In this document: positions 37,345 to 46,670 of the stretch, one piece after another
Position numbering within the stretch: the first letter of the stretch is position 1
How the letters are laid out: every line of letters starts with the position of its first letter
Source: a virus
Virus record (IMG/VR): IMGVR_UViG_3300042922_000542
Coordinates: 1 to 64,000 of that record
Direction: 5' to 3' (one strand)
Length of the DNA stretch: 64,000 nucleotides
Position numbers and translations under genes: made by a program
The notes under the pieces: model-generated
Databases searched by the model: none
What the model saw: only the letters and a program-made list of their open reading frames with translations
What the model was told of the DNA's origin: nothing

Positions 37345-37368
37345 AGAAGGGTTTAAACCCTTCTTTAT
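37341..37368. terminator. bidirectional terminator (perfect palindrome)
   Basis: ataaagaagggttt/aaacccttctttat followed by a T-run. Confidence 0.75.
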
Positions 37369-37375
37369 TTTTTTA

Positions 37376-40300
37376 TTAGGGATTATATGATTCTACATGC
37401 ATCTTCCAAGCTTCAGTATCAACAGGGGCATATAATACTCGGTCAGTTCCTTTATATGATGATTTTGTATGATCCGAATCATCTATATAGCGTCCAACTC
37501 CAACTTCACCTGATATCCAACTCGAAGACTGTCCACTAGGATCCACTTCTTTACCATTCTTGAAAAATTTACATTCATCAATCATTCTAAGTGAACCCAT
37601 GCTATACTTACGGAGATTTATTATTTTATCCCCATTATTTAAAATTCCGTTTTGAATAATATCGGATGCATCGGATATCACCAGATTATATTTTGATTTA
37701 TGTTTAGTATCATATAAACCAAATTCAACATTCTCACCTCTACCGGCAAGTGTTATATTATATATCAATGAATGAATTGCATCAAACACTTTTACCATAT
37801 TCGAATTTCCGCCAGCATCCATTTTATCAGCAAATATATATCGGATAGAAGATCCAGCAAAATCGATCATGTGTGATTTAAAATATTTAATTAATGTGAT
37901 TAATGGTTTAAAAAACATATCATTTCCTACAGCAGTTTGTTCAAAATATTTTAAATGCATATTTAATTCATTTTCAATTGCAATTACGATATTCATCAAA
38001 TCATTCATCCAGCTATCTCTCGAAGTTTCAGCCTTATCAAATAATGCTTCAAATCTAGGATTTTTACGAATGATATAATCTTTATATGTAGCTGCAGGTT
38101 GGGCTTCACCATTCATATCCATTCTAACTTTAGATATTAGAATTTTCTTGAATATTTCATTTCTAATTGCAACTGGTAACTTTTCACCAATTGTATACGC
38201 TCTATTCGAATTTGGAACTACTGTTGTAACTTTAAAATATGCATTATTTAATTCATTATCATTTAATGCATTTATTTGTCCTATAACGGATCTAACAATT
38301 GATTCATCAACCTTATCCCCATTCCACCAGATTGGATTTTTTATGAGAGTTCCATTATTATTAATATATCTGAGATCTGGACTATTGATGATATCAAAAA
38401 AATATACATTATCACCATTCGGTGTAGTAACATACCATTTTTTAGATTCACCCAAACCTGTTCCCAGAAATGGGAAATATGAAGGATACATTACCATCTC
38501 TTCAACTGTTATAGCACTACCTGATGGTTTATGTGGATAAAATAAACTAAATGCTTGCCAATCATCATTTGATAACCTAAACTCAGCTAAAATCTTATCT
38601 ACTGGAGAAATAAAGTTATCAACAAATACTGAACGAACTGCATCATATACAAATAGTGCACGGTATATCTTTTCATACTCGTTAAACTGATCCTTATTGT
38701 TAGTCCTAGAAATTTCATAAGTGAGCCAGTCTCTTAGAGGTATCATAACATCATTAAATAATCGATTTATATCAGATGGGCTTTTCATAGATAAATTATT
38801 GATCAACCCTAATATTCGATCTTTATCAGTATATTTAGTTGTATTGATAAATTGTCTGAACAGATCTAGATCCAACTCGAAATTAAACCCAGCAACAGCT
38901 AATAATCCTGAAGCGGATGATATGATTTCACCAGTTAAATTGTTATTTTCACACATTGCGGCCATTATAAATACTGAGAGGTCAAATAATGATATTTTCT
39001 CATTACTAAATACCTCAGGTACAGATATCATGAATGTATCAGTGAAGTTTTTATTATCCACAAGCATCCTTAGGAAATATATTGATTCAAATAATGAAGC
39101 CGTTTGGTCAACCATTGATTCGATCATAATATATTTAGAATCTGAATATGAATAATATTTGTTTTTAATAGCGGCTTGGGTATCTGGTAGTTCCCACCAT
39201 CTAGGATCGGCACCGGTTACATCGCTATAATTAAAAGTCTTTGATTTGGATGTTATCATATCATTATAAGTATTTTTAGATTTTAAATCAACCGCCTCGA
39301 AGTATATATCTGTATTTAATGATTTAAATGGGGTTCCAGTTTCAGGATTGATTGTTGTCAGTAAATCTAAATCCTCAGAAGAATTAATTGGGGTTCCATC
39401 TGAGAATAATGCCTGACCATCATCACCAAATATCTGTTGTTTAATCATCATAAATTTACTTATCGTAATATTATCATATTTTAAAATTTTGACTAAATCA
39501 TAGAATACCGGATTTGTTGCTTTGCTTCTTATAAGTTTATTTAATGATACAACAAGTTTTCTTTTAACTTCTTGAGTCATTATTAATGATCGTGGAATAC
39601 CATACATCTGAAATATTGTTTGAATTATCGTATCATCTATAAATCTATTATCTGAAGTATGTTCCACTGATTTACTGCATAGCTGCATTAGTACAAACGC
39701 AACTATAATAAGTGATATAAATTCTCTGTAGTTCTCAAATAGATCAATGTATTCAACGTTGTATATCGTACGCACAACATAATCACGATACTGATTATAC
39801 AATGTTGCAAATTCTTTAAGAAGATATGGGTTTACATCATTTCTATCCATGGGAATATAACGTATTAATTGAAAATCTCTCGCTCGTCTTGCAATATATA
39901 TGTCGATACGATATAGGCCTAAATAGCGGAGATATTCTTTATCCGGATTATTTGCAAGTATTTCATTGTATTCATCTGTTAGTATATATTTATTCTGTAT
40001 TGCATCTGTTAATTCATGAACTGGAATATTAGTAGTTATCCCATATAGCTGTTTTAAGTTATCTGATAAATAAATAAAATCCTTACTGGTTGCATTGATT
40101 GGTGGTTGTCCATTAAGCATTCTATAATAATCATTCTTTTCTACATAATTATTGATTACGGTGCTTCTCCCAATCTCTAATAAATGATCCCGATATATTA
40201 ATGGAACATTGTATATATTTTTTAACCATGAATCTATAATTTGATATTTGAGATTAGGTGTAATTTGTTGAAACATCGCATGTGTATATAAATGTTGATA

Positions 40301-40471
40301 TGTTAAATATGAATCCTCTTTCATCATTGCATGTATCCATAATGCAGCTTCTTTAGAAGTTTCCACCGTCTCATATTTATCAGCTTCTATTTTATTTTTT
40401 ATAGCTATAAAATTCATAATTTTTTCTATGTCTGTAAAGAGATTTTGGATAGGATTAATTAATTTTGGCAT
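37376..40471 (-). CDS. large protein of unknown function (1031 aa)
   Basis: Uninterrupted ORF with RBS AAGGAAGGGA. No motif recognised. Confidence 0.8.
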   Translation of the reverse strand: MPKLINPIQNLFTDIEKIMNFIAIKNKIEADKYETVETSKEAALWIHAMMKEDSYLTYQHLYTHAMFQQITPNLKYQIIDSWLKNIYNVPLIYRDHLLEIGRSTVINNYVEKNDYYRMLNGQPPINATSKDFIYLSDNLKQLYGITTNIPVHELTDAIQNKYILTDEYNEILANNPDKEYLRYLGLYRIDIYIARRARDFQLIRYIPMDRNDVNPYLLKEFATLYNQYRDYVVRTIYNVEYIDLFENYREFISLIIVAFVLMQLCSKSVEHTSDNRFIDDTIIQTIFQMYGIPRSLIMTQEVKRKLVVSLNKLIRSKATNPVFYDLVKILKYDNITISKFMMIKQQIFGDDGQALFSDGTPINSSEDLDLLTTINPETGTPFKSLNTDIYFEAVDLKSKNTYNDMITSKSKTFNYSDVTGADPRWWELPDTQAAIKNKYYSYSDSKYIMIESMVDQTASLFESIYFLRMLVDNKNFTDTFMISVPEVFSNEKISLFDLSVFIMAAMCENNNLTGEIISSASGLLAVAGFNFELDLDLFRQFINTTKYTDKDRILGLINNLSMKSPSDINRLFNDVMIPLRDWLTYEISRTNNKDQFNEYEKIYRALFVYDAVRSVFVDNFISPVDKILAEFRLSNDDWQAFSLFYPHKPSGSAITVEEMVMYPSYFPFLGTGLGESKKWYVTTPNGDNVYFFDIINSPDLRYINNNGTLIKNPIWWNGDKVDESIVRSVIGQINALNDNELNNAYFKVTTVVPNSNRAYTIGEKLPVAIRNEIFKKILISKVRMDMNGEAQPAATYKDYIIRKNPRFEALFDKAETSRDSWMNDLMNIVIAIENELNMHLKYFEQTAVGNDMFFKPLITLIKYFKSHMIDFAGSSIRYIFADKMDAGGNSNMVKVFDAIHSLIYNITLAGRGENVEFGLYDTKHKSKYNLVISDASDIIQNGILNNGDKIINLRKYSMGSLRMIDECKFFKNGKEVDPSGQSSSWISGEVGVGRYIDDSDHTKSSYKGTDRVLYAPVDTEAWKMHVESYNP

Positions 40472-40495
40472 ATGTAAATCATTCCCTTCCTTATT

Positions 40496-41587
40496 TTAAT
40501 TTATTATCTCTACTTCGTATATGGAATCAAAAGAGTCTCTCGCAACTTTATTCTTTTGATCTATATTCTTTATCTGAAATGTTGGATTTGGATAATCCCT
40601 TATTTCTTCACCAGTGCTAGTATTTATAGTTTTATAACGATGCTTATTGTCAGCCGCATTATATTCAACAACTGTCTTTTTTGGAATATTTTCATATTTA
40701 ATATGGTTGCTAGCTTCGATTCCTTCAAAAGCAAATTTATCTGGATCGAAATCCTCAAATACCATATTACCTGATGATATCGATGAATTGACTGGAGCGG
40801 CTGCTGCTTGTGCAGTATTATTTGACTGTGGAGTCGGTGCACTAGGATAGGCGGCGCCACTACCCATGTTTGATATTATTGATGAACCCAATAATGTTAA
40901 GTCGGTTTGATCAAATCCTCCACTACCGTTACCAAGTTCTTGTTGTAGTTTTTTATCCTTCATATAAAGATCTGCAACAGTTTTCTTGATGTTAGTGATC
41001 TCTTTAATTACTGATAATGCATTAGCTCTTGAACTAATTACAGTTGCTGCTAATTCAACCGCAGTTTTATTTAATGGCATAGCATCCTTAGTATTTGGAC
41101 CTACCATTGTTTTGTATCGTCTTTGTAGATCATCAGTAAATTTGTTCTGCTCCGATACTATAGATTTTAACATATTTAATTCATTCTCAAATTCTTTAGT
41201 AAAATTTGCTTTTTTCTTCTTTTTTGATTTCTCTACCAATATCATATTTCCGGTAGAATCTTCATCGATCCACTGTTTATATTTCTTCTTATTTTTCTTA
41301 GGTTTAACATAATCTAGATCGTCCCCAGTTAGATTAACTATAACGTCTTTCCAACTATCTAATGCTCTTTCCTGTTTTTCTTTTTTAGTTAATGGACGGT
41401 CTTCATTTTCTCCATTCTCAGATGTCTTAGATTCTTGATCTCGTTCGGCTTGTTTGGCTTCTTTTAATGCACGTTTCTCTTCAGCCAACTTATTGTGTTC
41501 ATCCGCTCTATTTTTTAATATCCCTGAATAAATTTGTAATACTGATTGTTGTACATCATCAGGTGATGTTGATGTTTGTTTTTTCAT
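40496..41587 (-). CDS. Lys/Glu-rich protein with low-complexity Ala/Pro/Ser segment (363 aa)
   Basis: RBS AAAGGAA. The N-terminal half is charged and coiled-coil-like. Confidence 0.75.
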   Translation of the reverse strand: MKKQTSTSPDDVQQSVLQIYSGILKNRADEHNKLAEEKRALKEAKQAERDQESKTSENGENEDRPLTKKEKQERALDSWKDVIVNLTGDDLDYVKPKKNKKKYKQWIDEDSTGNMILVEKSKKKKKANFTKEFENELNMLKSIVSEQNKFTDDLQRRYKTMVGPNTKDAMPLNKTAVELAATVISSRANALSVIKEITNIKKTVADLYMKDKKLQQELGNGSGGFDQTDLTLLGSSIISNMGSGAAYPSAPTPQSNNTAQAAAAPVNSSISSGNMVFEDFDPDKFAFEGIEASNHIKYENIPKKTVVEYNAADNKHRYKTINTSTGEEIRDYPNPTFQIKNIDQKNKVARDSFDSIYEVEIIN

Positions 41588-41754
41588 ATTAAAACATTCC
41601 TTTCTAGGTATTTTATCATAATCTATAAAGATTTATAGTCTTAATGACATTGTTTCATAAGGTGAAATTATAATAATATTTAAATATATGAATTCAAAAC
41701 GACATTTATATATTATATAAATAAGAATAATAAATAAAGGGGACTTAAAAGATT

Positions 41755-44079
41755 ATGGCAAAGAAAAATCTCGAACAAAATATTGAACTCGAATTAAGTA
41801 ATTCGACGACATTCAATCCATTAATAAATGCATTAAGGGAGAATGATAAGAAAAATTTATTTAAATCAAATGTCGTTACTTACTTTCACAAGACGGGATT
41901 TCCACTATTTGATTATTATTTTGGATCGGTCATAAATATTCATGATGAATTGGGTGCAGTTATACGACAAGAGCCTATGATTGGTCAAGCTGCTGGAACA
42001 TTTAATTTAGTTTTAGCAAACTCTGGTGCGGGAAAGGCCCAACCATTAAGTACTCTTATACCAACACCATATGGCGTCAAACCAATGGGTAGTATAAATA
42101 AGGGGGACCGTGTATTTGGACGCAATGGTAAACCAACCAAAGTAGTTGGTGTATTTGATCAAGGTGAAAAAGATATTTATAAGATCACATTCCAAGATAA
42201 TAGAACTGCATATTGTTGTAAGGATCATCTATGGAATGTTAAAATAGGAAAGTCTGCTTATAAAACATTATCACTAGAAGAAATAATAGATATTAGAAAT
42301 GATAATCCTAATGAATATTATGGCATTCCGATGTTGAGTAAACCGGTATCATACTCAAGTAAAAAAGTCCCGGTACACCCATACGTATTAGGTACAATGA
42401 TTGCAAATAACTGTTTAGATTCAGCAACTTTAACTCTTATGAAAGATGATAGTTTTATTCCTAATAAAATAGCCGAGTTGGGTAATTTCCATGTTATACA
42501 AGCTGGATTTGATCCTACATTATTTACATTCCATGAGAAAGATAATAAAATATTCCGTATTATGACTGTTGATATATTAAAGGAACTGCCTGAGTTAATA
42601 GGTATTGATGAGGCATCAGTATATATACCTGATATTTATATGTATAATGATATTAATACTAGAATGGAATTATTAAAAGGATTGATGGATTCACTTGGAT
42701 ACATACTATACTCGAATGGCAGATACTGTGTTAGATTTGGAGCGAAATCAGAAAAATTAATGAAGCAAGTTAGAGAATTGATATGGGGATTAGGATATAG
42801 TACATCTAAGATATCTAAAGCTTTCGGAAACAATAAAGCATTTATGATGTCGATTAATATACCTCACATATTCAAAAAACAATTATTTTCTCTTCCATTA
42901 AAATTAGATTTTGCAGAGAAAGCTGCTCAGTCTCCTAGCACTAAACGTTATAATCAATTATCAATTACTAATATTGAATATAGCCATAAAGAACAGGCAA
43001 GATGTATTAAAGTTGAAAATAGTGATGGGTTATATATAACTGAAGATTACATAGTTACACATAATACAACATTAGTTGTACAAATGGCAGCAAATATCAT
43101 ACGTCAATATAGAAATAGCATTATTATTCATTATGATTGTGAAAGCAGGTTTGATATATCAAGAGGTGAAAATATATCTCAACTTCCAATTAGTGATTTT
43201 AATAATGGCACATATACATTAAAATCCGGACTTGTAACGTTAGATATTATGCAAGAATCGATAGTCGATTTATATGCCAATAAAATGAAAATGAAAGATG
43301 AATTAATGATAAAGACTGGGAGAATGAACGAATTTGGTGAGGAAATAGAGATTCTTGAGCCAACTGTTATAATAATAGATTCAATAACATCTGTTATCAA
43401 CGAATCATTCTCAGTTAATGACTCTAAAGATATGAATAAATTAGGTGGATTACGAAGCAATACAGCTGGAGCTAGAGATGCTAAAACACTTAAAGGATTC
43501 TTAAAAGATATAATTCCGTTATGTAAAGAGGCTAATATAATAATATACGCAATCAATCATATCAATGGAAATATGAGTATGAATGCATTTAGTGGACCGA
43601 CAAAACAACAGAATTTTATGAAACAGGATGAAGCAATTCCAGGCGGAAAAGTTTTAATATTTTATCCATATAATATAATTAAGATGATTGCTAAGACATC
43701 TGATGACTTTACAGAGGACAGTGATGGATTTAATGGTCATATGGTTGCATTCGAACCGGTAAAGAGTTCATCAAATCAATCAGGAAATACATCAAAAGGT
43801 GTTTCATTTGAGATGGTGTTCTCATATAAGGATGGATTCGATTCATTAAGGAGTTTAATTTTATATGGGAAGGAAAAAGGAATAATAGAAGGTAATAAGC
43901 CAAGAATGAAATTTAAGGATGATCCCTCATTCACATTTTCATTTAAAAATATACACGCCGAGAAAAATGAAAAACCAATATGGGATAATATTAAAAAATA
44001 CATAATGCCCGAATTAGAAACACATTTAAGTTTTGTTGAACCTAATGTAAAATTTGATAATAGACAATTAGATTATTAA
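41755..44079 (+). CDS. uvsX: UvsX/RecA-family recombinase interrupted by an in-frame intein
   Basis: The spliced extein restores Walker A (GAGK|TT). It also has Walker B VIIIDSITSV, then RDAKTLKGFLKDIIPLCKEANIIIYAINH and IPGGK, matching the T4 UvsX layout as I remember it. Confidence 0.8.
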   Translation: MAKKNLEQNIELELSNSTTFNPLINALRENDKKNLFKSNVVTYFHKTGFPLFDYYFGSVINIHDELGAVIRQEPMIGQAAGTFNLVLANSGAGKAQPLSTLIPTPYGVKPMGSINKGDRVFGRNGKPTKVVGVFDQGEKDIYKITFQDNRTAYCCKDHLWNVKIGKSAYKTLSLEEIIDIRNDNPNEYYGIPMLSKPVSYSSKKVPVHPYVLGTMIANNCLDSATLTLMKDDSFIPNKIAELGNFHVIQAGFDPTLFTFHEKDNKIFRIMTVDILKELPELIGIDEASVYIPDIYMYNDINTRMELLKGLMDSLGYILYSNGRYCVRFGAKSEKLMKQVRELIWGLGYSTSKISKAFGNNKAFMMSINIPHIFKKQLFSLPLKLDFAEKAAQSPSTKRYNQLSITNIEYSHKEQARCIKVENSDGLYITEDYIVTHNTTLVVQMAANIIRQYRNSIIIHYDCESRFDISRGENISQLPISDFNNGTYTLKSGLVTLDIMQESIVDLYANKMKMKDELMIKTGRMNEFGEEIEILEPTVIIIDSITSVINESFSVNDSKDMNKLGGLRSNTAGARDAKTLKGFLKDIIPLCKEANIIIYAINHINGNMSMNAFSGPTKQQNFMKQDEAIPGGKVLIFYPYNIIKMIAKTSDDFTEDSDGFNGHMVAFEPVKSSSNQSGNTSKGVSFEMVFSYKDGFDSLRSLILYGKEKGIIEGNKPRMKFKDDPSFTFSFKNIHAEKNEKPIWDNIKKYIMPELETHLSFVEPNVKFDNRQLDY
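42037..43065 (+). mobile_element. intein (343 aa) with LAGLIDADG-type homing-endonuclease domain; class-3-like (Ala1, W-C-T signature)
   Basis: It starts at Ala95 immediately after GAGK and ends ...YIVTHN, with Thr as the +1 residue. Block B is CKDHLW (Trp at 42232-42234). Block F has Cys in ARCIKVE (43003-43005). Block G is VTHN. The LAGLIDADG-like motifs are YVLGTMIANNC and LLKGLMDSLGY. Confidence 0.8.
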
Positions 44080-44098
44080 AAATATTAAGGTGGTAAAT

Positions 44099-44332
44099 AT
44101 GGAAATAACATTAGCTATTAAATTTGAAGAACCTCCCGAAGACTTTCTATTCTTTAATAATATATTAAAAATACCAGAGTGCTCGAAACACCATATCCAT
44201 TATGATAGAGATAGTGTTTATAGGCATCAAGGTAATATTACATATCTATCCGGTGAGTTTTTAACAAACATAGTTAAGGTTTTTAGCGATGCCAATATGA
44301 GTATCGTCGAATTAGAATTTAAAATAAAATAA
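44099..44332 (+). CDS. hypothetical small protein (77 aa)
   Basis: AAGGTGG lies 5 nt upstream of ATG 44099 (the track starts at an upstream GTG). Confidence 0.65.
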   Translation: MEITLAIKFEEPPEDFLFFNNILKIPECSKHHIHYDRDSVYRHQGNITYLSGEFLTNIVKVFSDANMSIVELEFKIK

Positions 44333-44334
44333 AA

Positions 44335-44365
44335 AAAATAGACGGGTGATATTCCCGTCTATTTT
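44335..44365 (+). terminator. terminator hairpin
   Basis: aaaatagacggg-tgatatt-cccgtctatttt. Confidence 0.7.
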
Positions 44366-44388
44366 AATTTAATATGAGGTGATTGAGT

Positions 44389-44733
44389 ATGGCAATTATG
44401 CATAAGGAAGAATCCGATACATTAATTAATACGGTAACATCATTAGTATCAAGTAATAATGCATGGGAAAGTGTATTAAAATTTTTCAATAATGATAAAA
44501 TAGGAAAAGGATATCTTGAAAAAGCCCGACGGGAAGTTTTTGATAATAATCAAGAATATTCTATAATGATTATAACTGCCTTGGAAGACATGAGTGAGCG
44601 TATACAGGATGCAATTGATGATGAAGATAATATGGATAACAATAAATTACGTAATGAAATATATAAACTAGAATCAGAAAATACAAAATTAAAGAAAAAA
44701 CTTTATAATATTAAAAATGCCATGTATGAATAA
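44389..44733 (+). CDS. hypothetical protein (114 aa), C-terminal coiled coil
   Basis: GAGGTG lies 7 nt upstream of ATG 44389 (the track uses an upstream TTG). Confidence 0.65.
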   Translation: MAIMHKEESDTLINTVTSLVSSNNAWESVLKFFNNDKIGKGYLEKARREVFDNNQEYSIMIITALEDMSERIQDAIDDEDNMDNNKLRNEIYKLESENTKLKKKLYNIKNAMYE

Positions 44734-44735
44734 AA

Positions 44736-44762
44736 AATAAAGGAGGCAACACCTCCTTTATT
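44736..44762. terminator. bidirectional terminator hairpin
   Basis: aataaaggagg-caaca-cctcctttatt followed by T8. Confidence 0.75.
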
Positions 44763-44766
44763 TTTT

Positions 44767-45351
44767 TTAATCGGAATTTGGATATGTTAATATGGCTTGA
44801 AATTCTGTGATTTTCAAATCTTCAAAAACTGCTATTCTAGGCTTGGTATAATTATACGGATCTACCTCTTTACGTTTAAATATCAAACTGACCCAAGCCT
44901 CTTCCTGAGGATCGTCTCTATTTATTATTACTTCATATCCAGTATTAGCTACTGTAAATATTTCTCTAATTCGCGATTCAATTATATCATAGTGTTTATT
45001 AATTTTTATTTTTCTTTCATTTTCAGGTTCCCCATACCACCATGCATTAGACCAATCATCAGGAAAATCTGAAAGTATAGCATCAAATTCAATGTCTGAT
45101 GGTAATGGAATAAGCACACCTTCAATTTCAGGATGATGACAACAAATTCCTCCCGTTTGATTAGAATAATAAATTCCGCTTGGGATTTTAATAATAATGT
45201 GTGAATTGTGACTACTCCATAATTGAATAATACGTTTAATATCATAAATTGGTTGCATTTCACAACCACATTTAGCACACATATGAGTGAGTAATCCTTT
45301 ATCATCTGAACTAATAAATACAGAATTACATTTGGGACATTGATATTTCAT
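44767..45351 (-). CDS. protein with N-terminal zinc-ribbon (194 aa)
   Basis: RBS GGAGGTGA. Zinc-ribbon motif CPKC-x19-CAKC. Confidence 0.7.
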   Translation of the reverse strand: MKYQCPKCNSVFISSDDKGLLTHMCAKCGCEMQPIYDIKRIIQLWSSHNSHIIIKIPSGIYYSNQTGGICCHHPEIEGVLIPLPSDIEFDAILSDFPDDWSNAWWYGEPENERKIKINKHYDIIESRIREIFTVANTGYEVIINRDDPQEEAWVSLIFKRKEVDPYNYTKPRIAVFEDLKITEFQAILTYPNSD

Positions 45352-45718
45352 TTAAATCACCTCCATTGATAGACTCTAATATCAATTCAATGACATCGTC
45401 TTTTTCGTTAATTGAATATTTATAATGATTATTAAATGCAGTAGATGTAAGTGTATAAATACCATCACTATATAATAGTTGATACACATATCTTGTTATA
45501 TTTTCAGATATTTGCAATCCGTCTCGAATGCCTCTAATTACGATATGTACTGGTTTTTTCTGCATGATTAATAGATATCTATGATTCTCATACCATAATG
45601 ATTCATTTATTTCATTATTCTCAGGTGGAGAACCGCATAATAAAAATTTAGATGCTTCATAAATATATTTTTTATCACTGTCTGTTAATGGTTTAAAATT
45701 ACCCATAATAAAAGTCAT
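45326..45718 (-). CDS. hypothetical protein (about 126-130 aa)
   Basis: AGGAG abuts the first ATG, so Met5 (45706) may be the real start. The 3' end overlaps the next gene by 26 nt. Confidence 0.6.
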   Translation of the reverse strand: MTFIMGNFKPLTDSDKKYIYEASKFLLCGSPPENNEINESLWYENHRYLLIMQKKPVHIVIRGIRDGLQISENITRYVYQLLYSDGIYTLTSTAFNNHYKYSINEKDDVIELILESINGGDLNEISMSQM

Positions 45719-45741
45719 CTCCTAATACATTAATAAAAAAT

Positions 45742-45767
45742 AAATAGGGGATACGTATCCCCTATTT
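45742..45767 (-). terminator. terminator (perfect palindrome)
   Basis: aaataggggatac/gtatcccctattt with a T-run downstream on the minus strand. Confidence 0.75.
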
Positions 45768-45786
45768 ATTTTATTTATTTAAATTT

Positions 45787-46461
45787 TTATTTCTTTAAAT
45801 CATTTTGCAGCAGCTTTCTAACTTCTGGATTTTCAGATGATTCCACTTCATTAACATGTACATACACTGTATACTCTACAGTATCTTTTGTTATCGGAAC
45901 GATATCAACTATTTCCATTCTACCATTAACTTTATTTGTAGTTGGGTCAGTTAACATATTCTTGATAACAGCATCAGGTCTAGCAGCAAATACTATCCAT
46001 GAATCTTTTGTACCAGTTTTGATTCTTCGAGGAACTGAATAATACATCATCTGTTTAATTTGGTCTTCAGTTAATCCAAATGATTCTTCCAACTGATCCA
46101 ATTTTCTGTAATCATTCAACATCGATTCTAATTCTTTTTTATCATAACTGTATTGTCTAACGATGAAATCCCAAATTTTCTTAACAAATTTTATATCACT
46201 CTCACTGTCAACCATTCTAATGATCCAGCTATTATCTTCTTTCTTTTCAATAACATCATCAGACATTGCAACCTTAAGCATTGCATATGAACGACGTGGT
46301 ACCGATTTTTTCTTCTCCCAGTAATCTACTGACATTTCAACTTTTGTTCCAGGTTGCATTGCTGCAGCCTTAGCAGCTATAAATATTTTCATTTGATCTG
46401 ATGTAATCTTATATACATCAATTTGTCCATTTGGTTGAATATTAGCTCTGTTTAAACTCAT
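45787..46461 (-). CDS. hypothetical protein (224 aa), probably highly expressed
   Basis: Strong RBS TAGGAGGATTACAATTATC-ATG, with its own upstream terminator and a 200-nt leader region. Confidence 0.75.
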   Translation of the reverse strand: MSLNRANIQPNGQIDVYKITSDQMKIFIAAKAAAMQPGTKVEMSVDYWEKKKSVPRRSYAMLKVAMSDDVIEKKEDNSWIIRMVDSESDIKFVKKIWDFIVRQYSYDKKELESMLNDYRKLDQLEESFGLTEDQIKQMMYYSVPRRIKTGTKDSWIVFAARPDAVIKNMLTDPTTNKVNGRMEIVDIVPITKDTVEYTVYVHVNEVESSENPEVRKLLQNDLKK

Positions 46462-46633
46462 GATAATTGTAATCCTCCTACGATTTTTTTGATCTTGTTA
46501 AATTCATTGTATTATTAATATTATAATAATAAATAGGTATGTATGCTATTATAATATATAACTTAGATTAAATAATAATTCATGATTAAAACCCCTTACT
46601 ATTATACTACTAATTCGATAATATATAATTAAT

Positions 46634-46665
46634 ATGATAGTGTAGGGTAAACCCTACACTATCAT
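46634..46665 (-). terminator. terminator (15-bp palindrome) after the RNAP gene
   Basis: atgatagtgtagggt-aa-accctacactatcat. Confidence 0.75.
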
Positions 46666-46670
46666 ACATT

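Noticed and set aside
37376-40471. The 1031-aa ORF as portal protein or RNAP beta-like subunit
   Set aside because: I recognised no diagnostic motif. Size alone is not evidence, so it is left as unknown.
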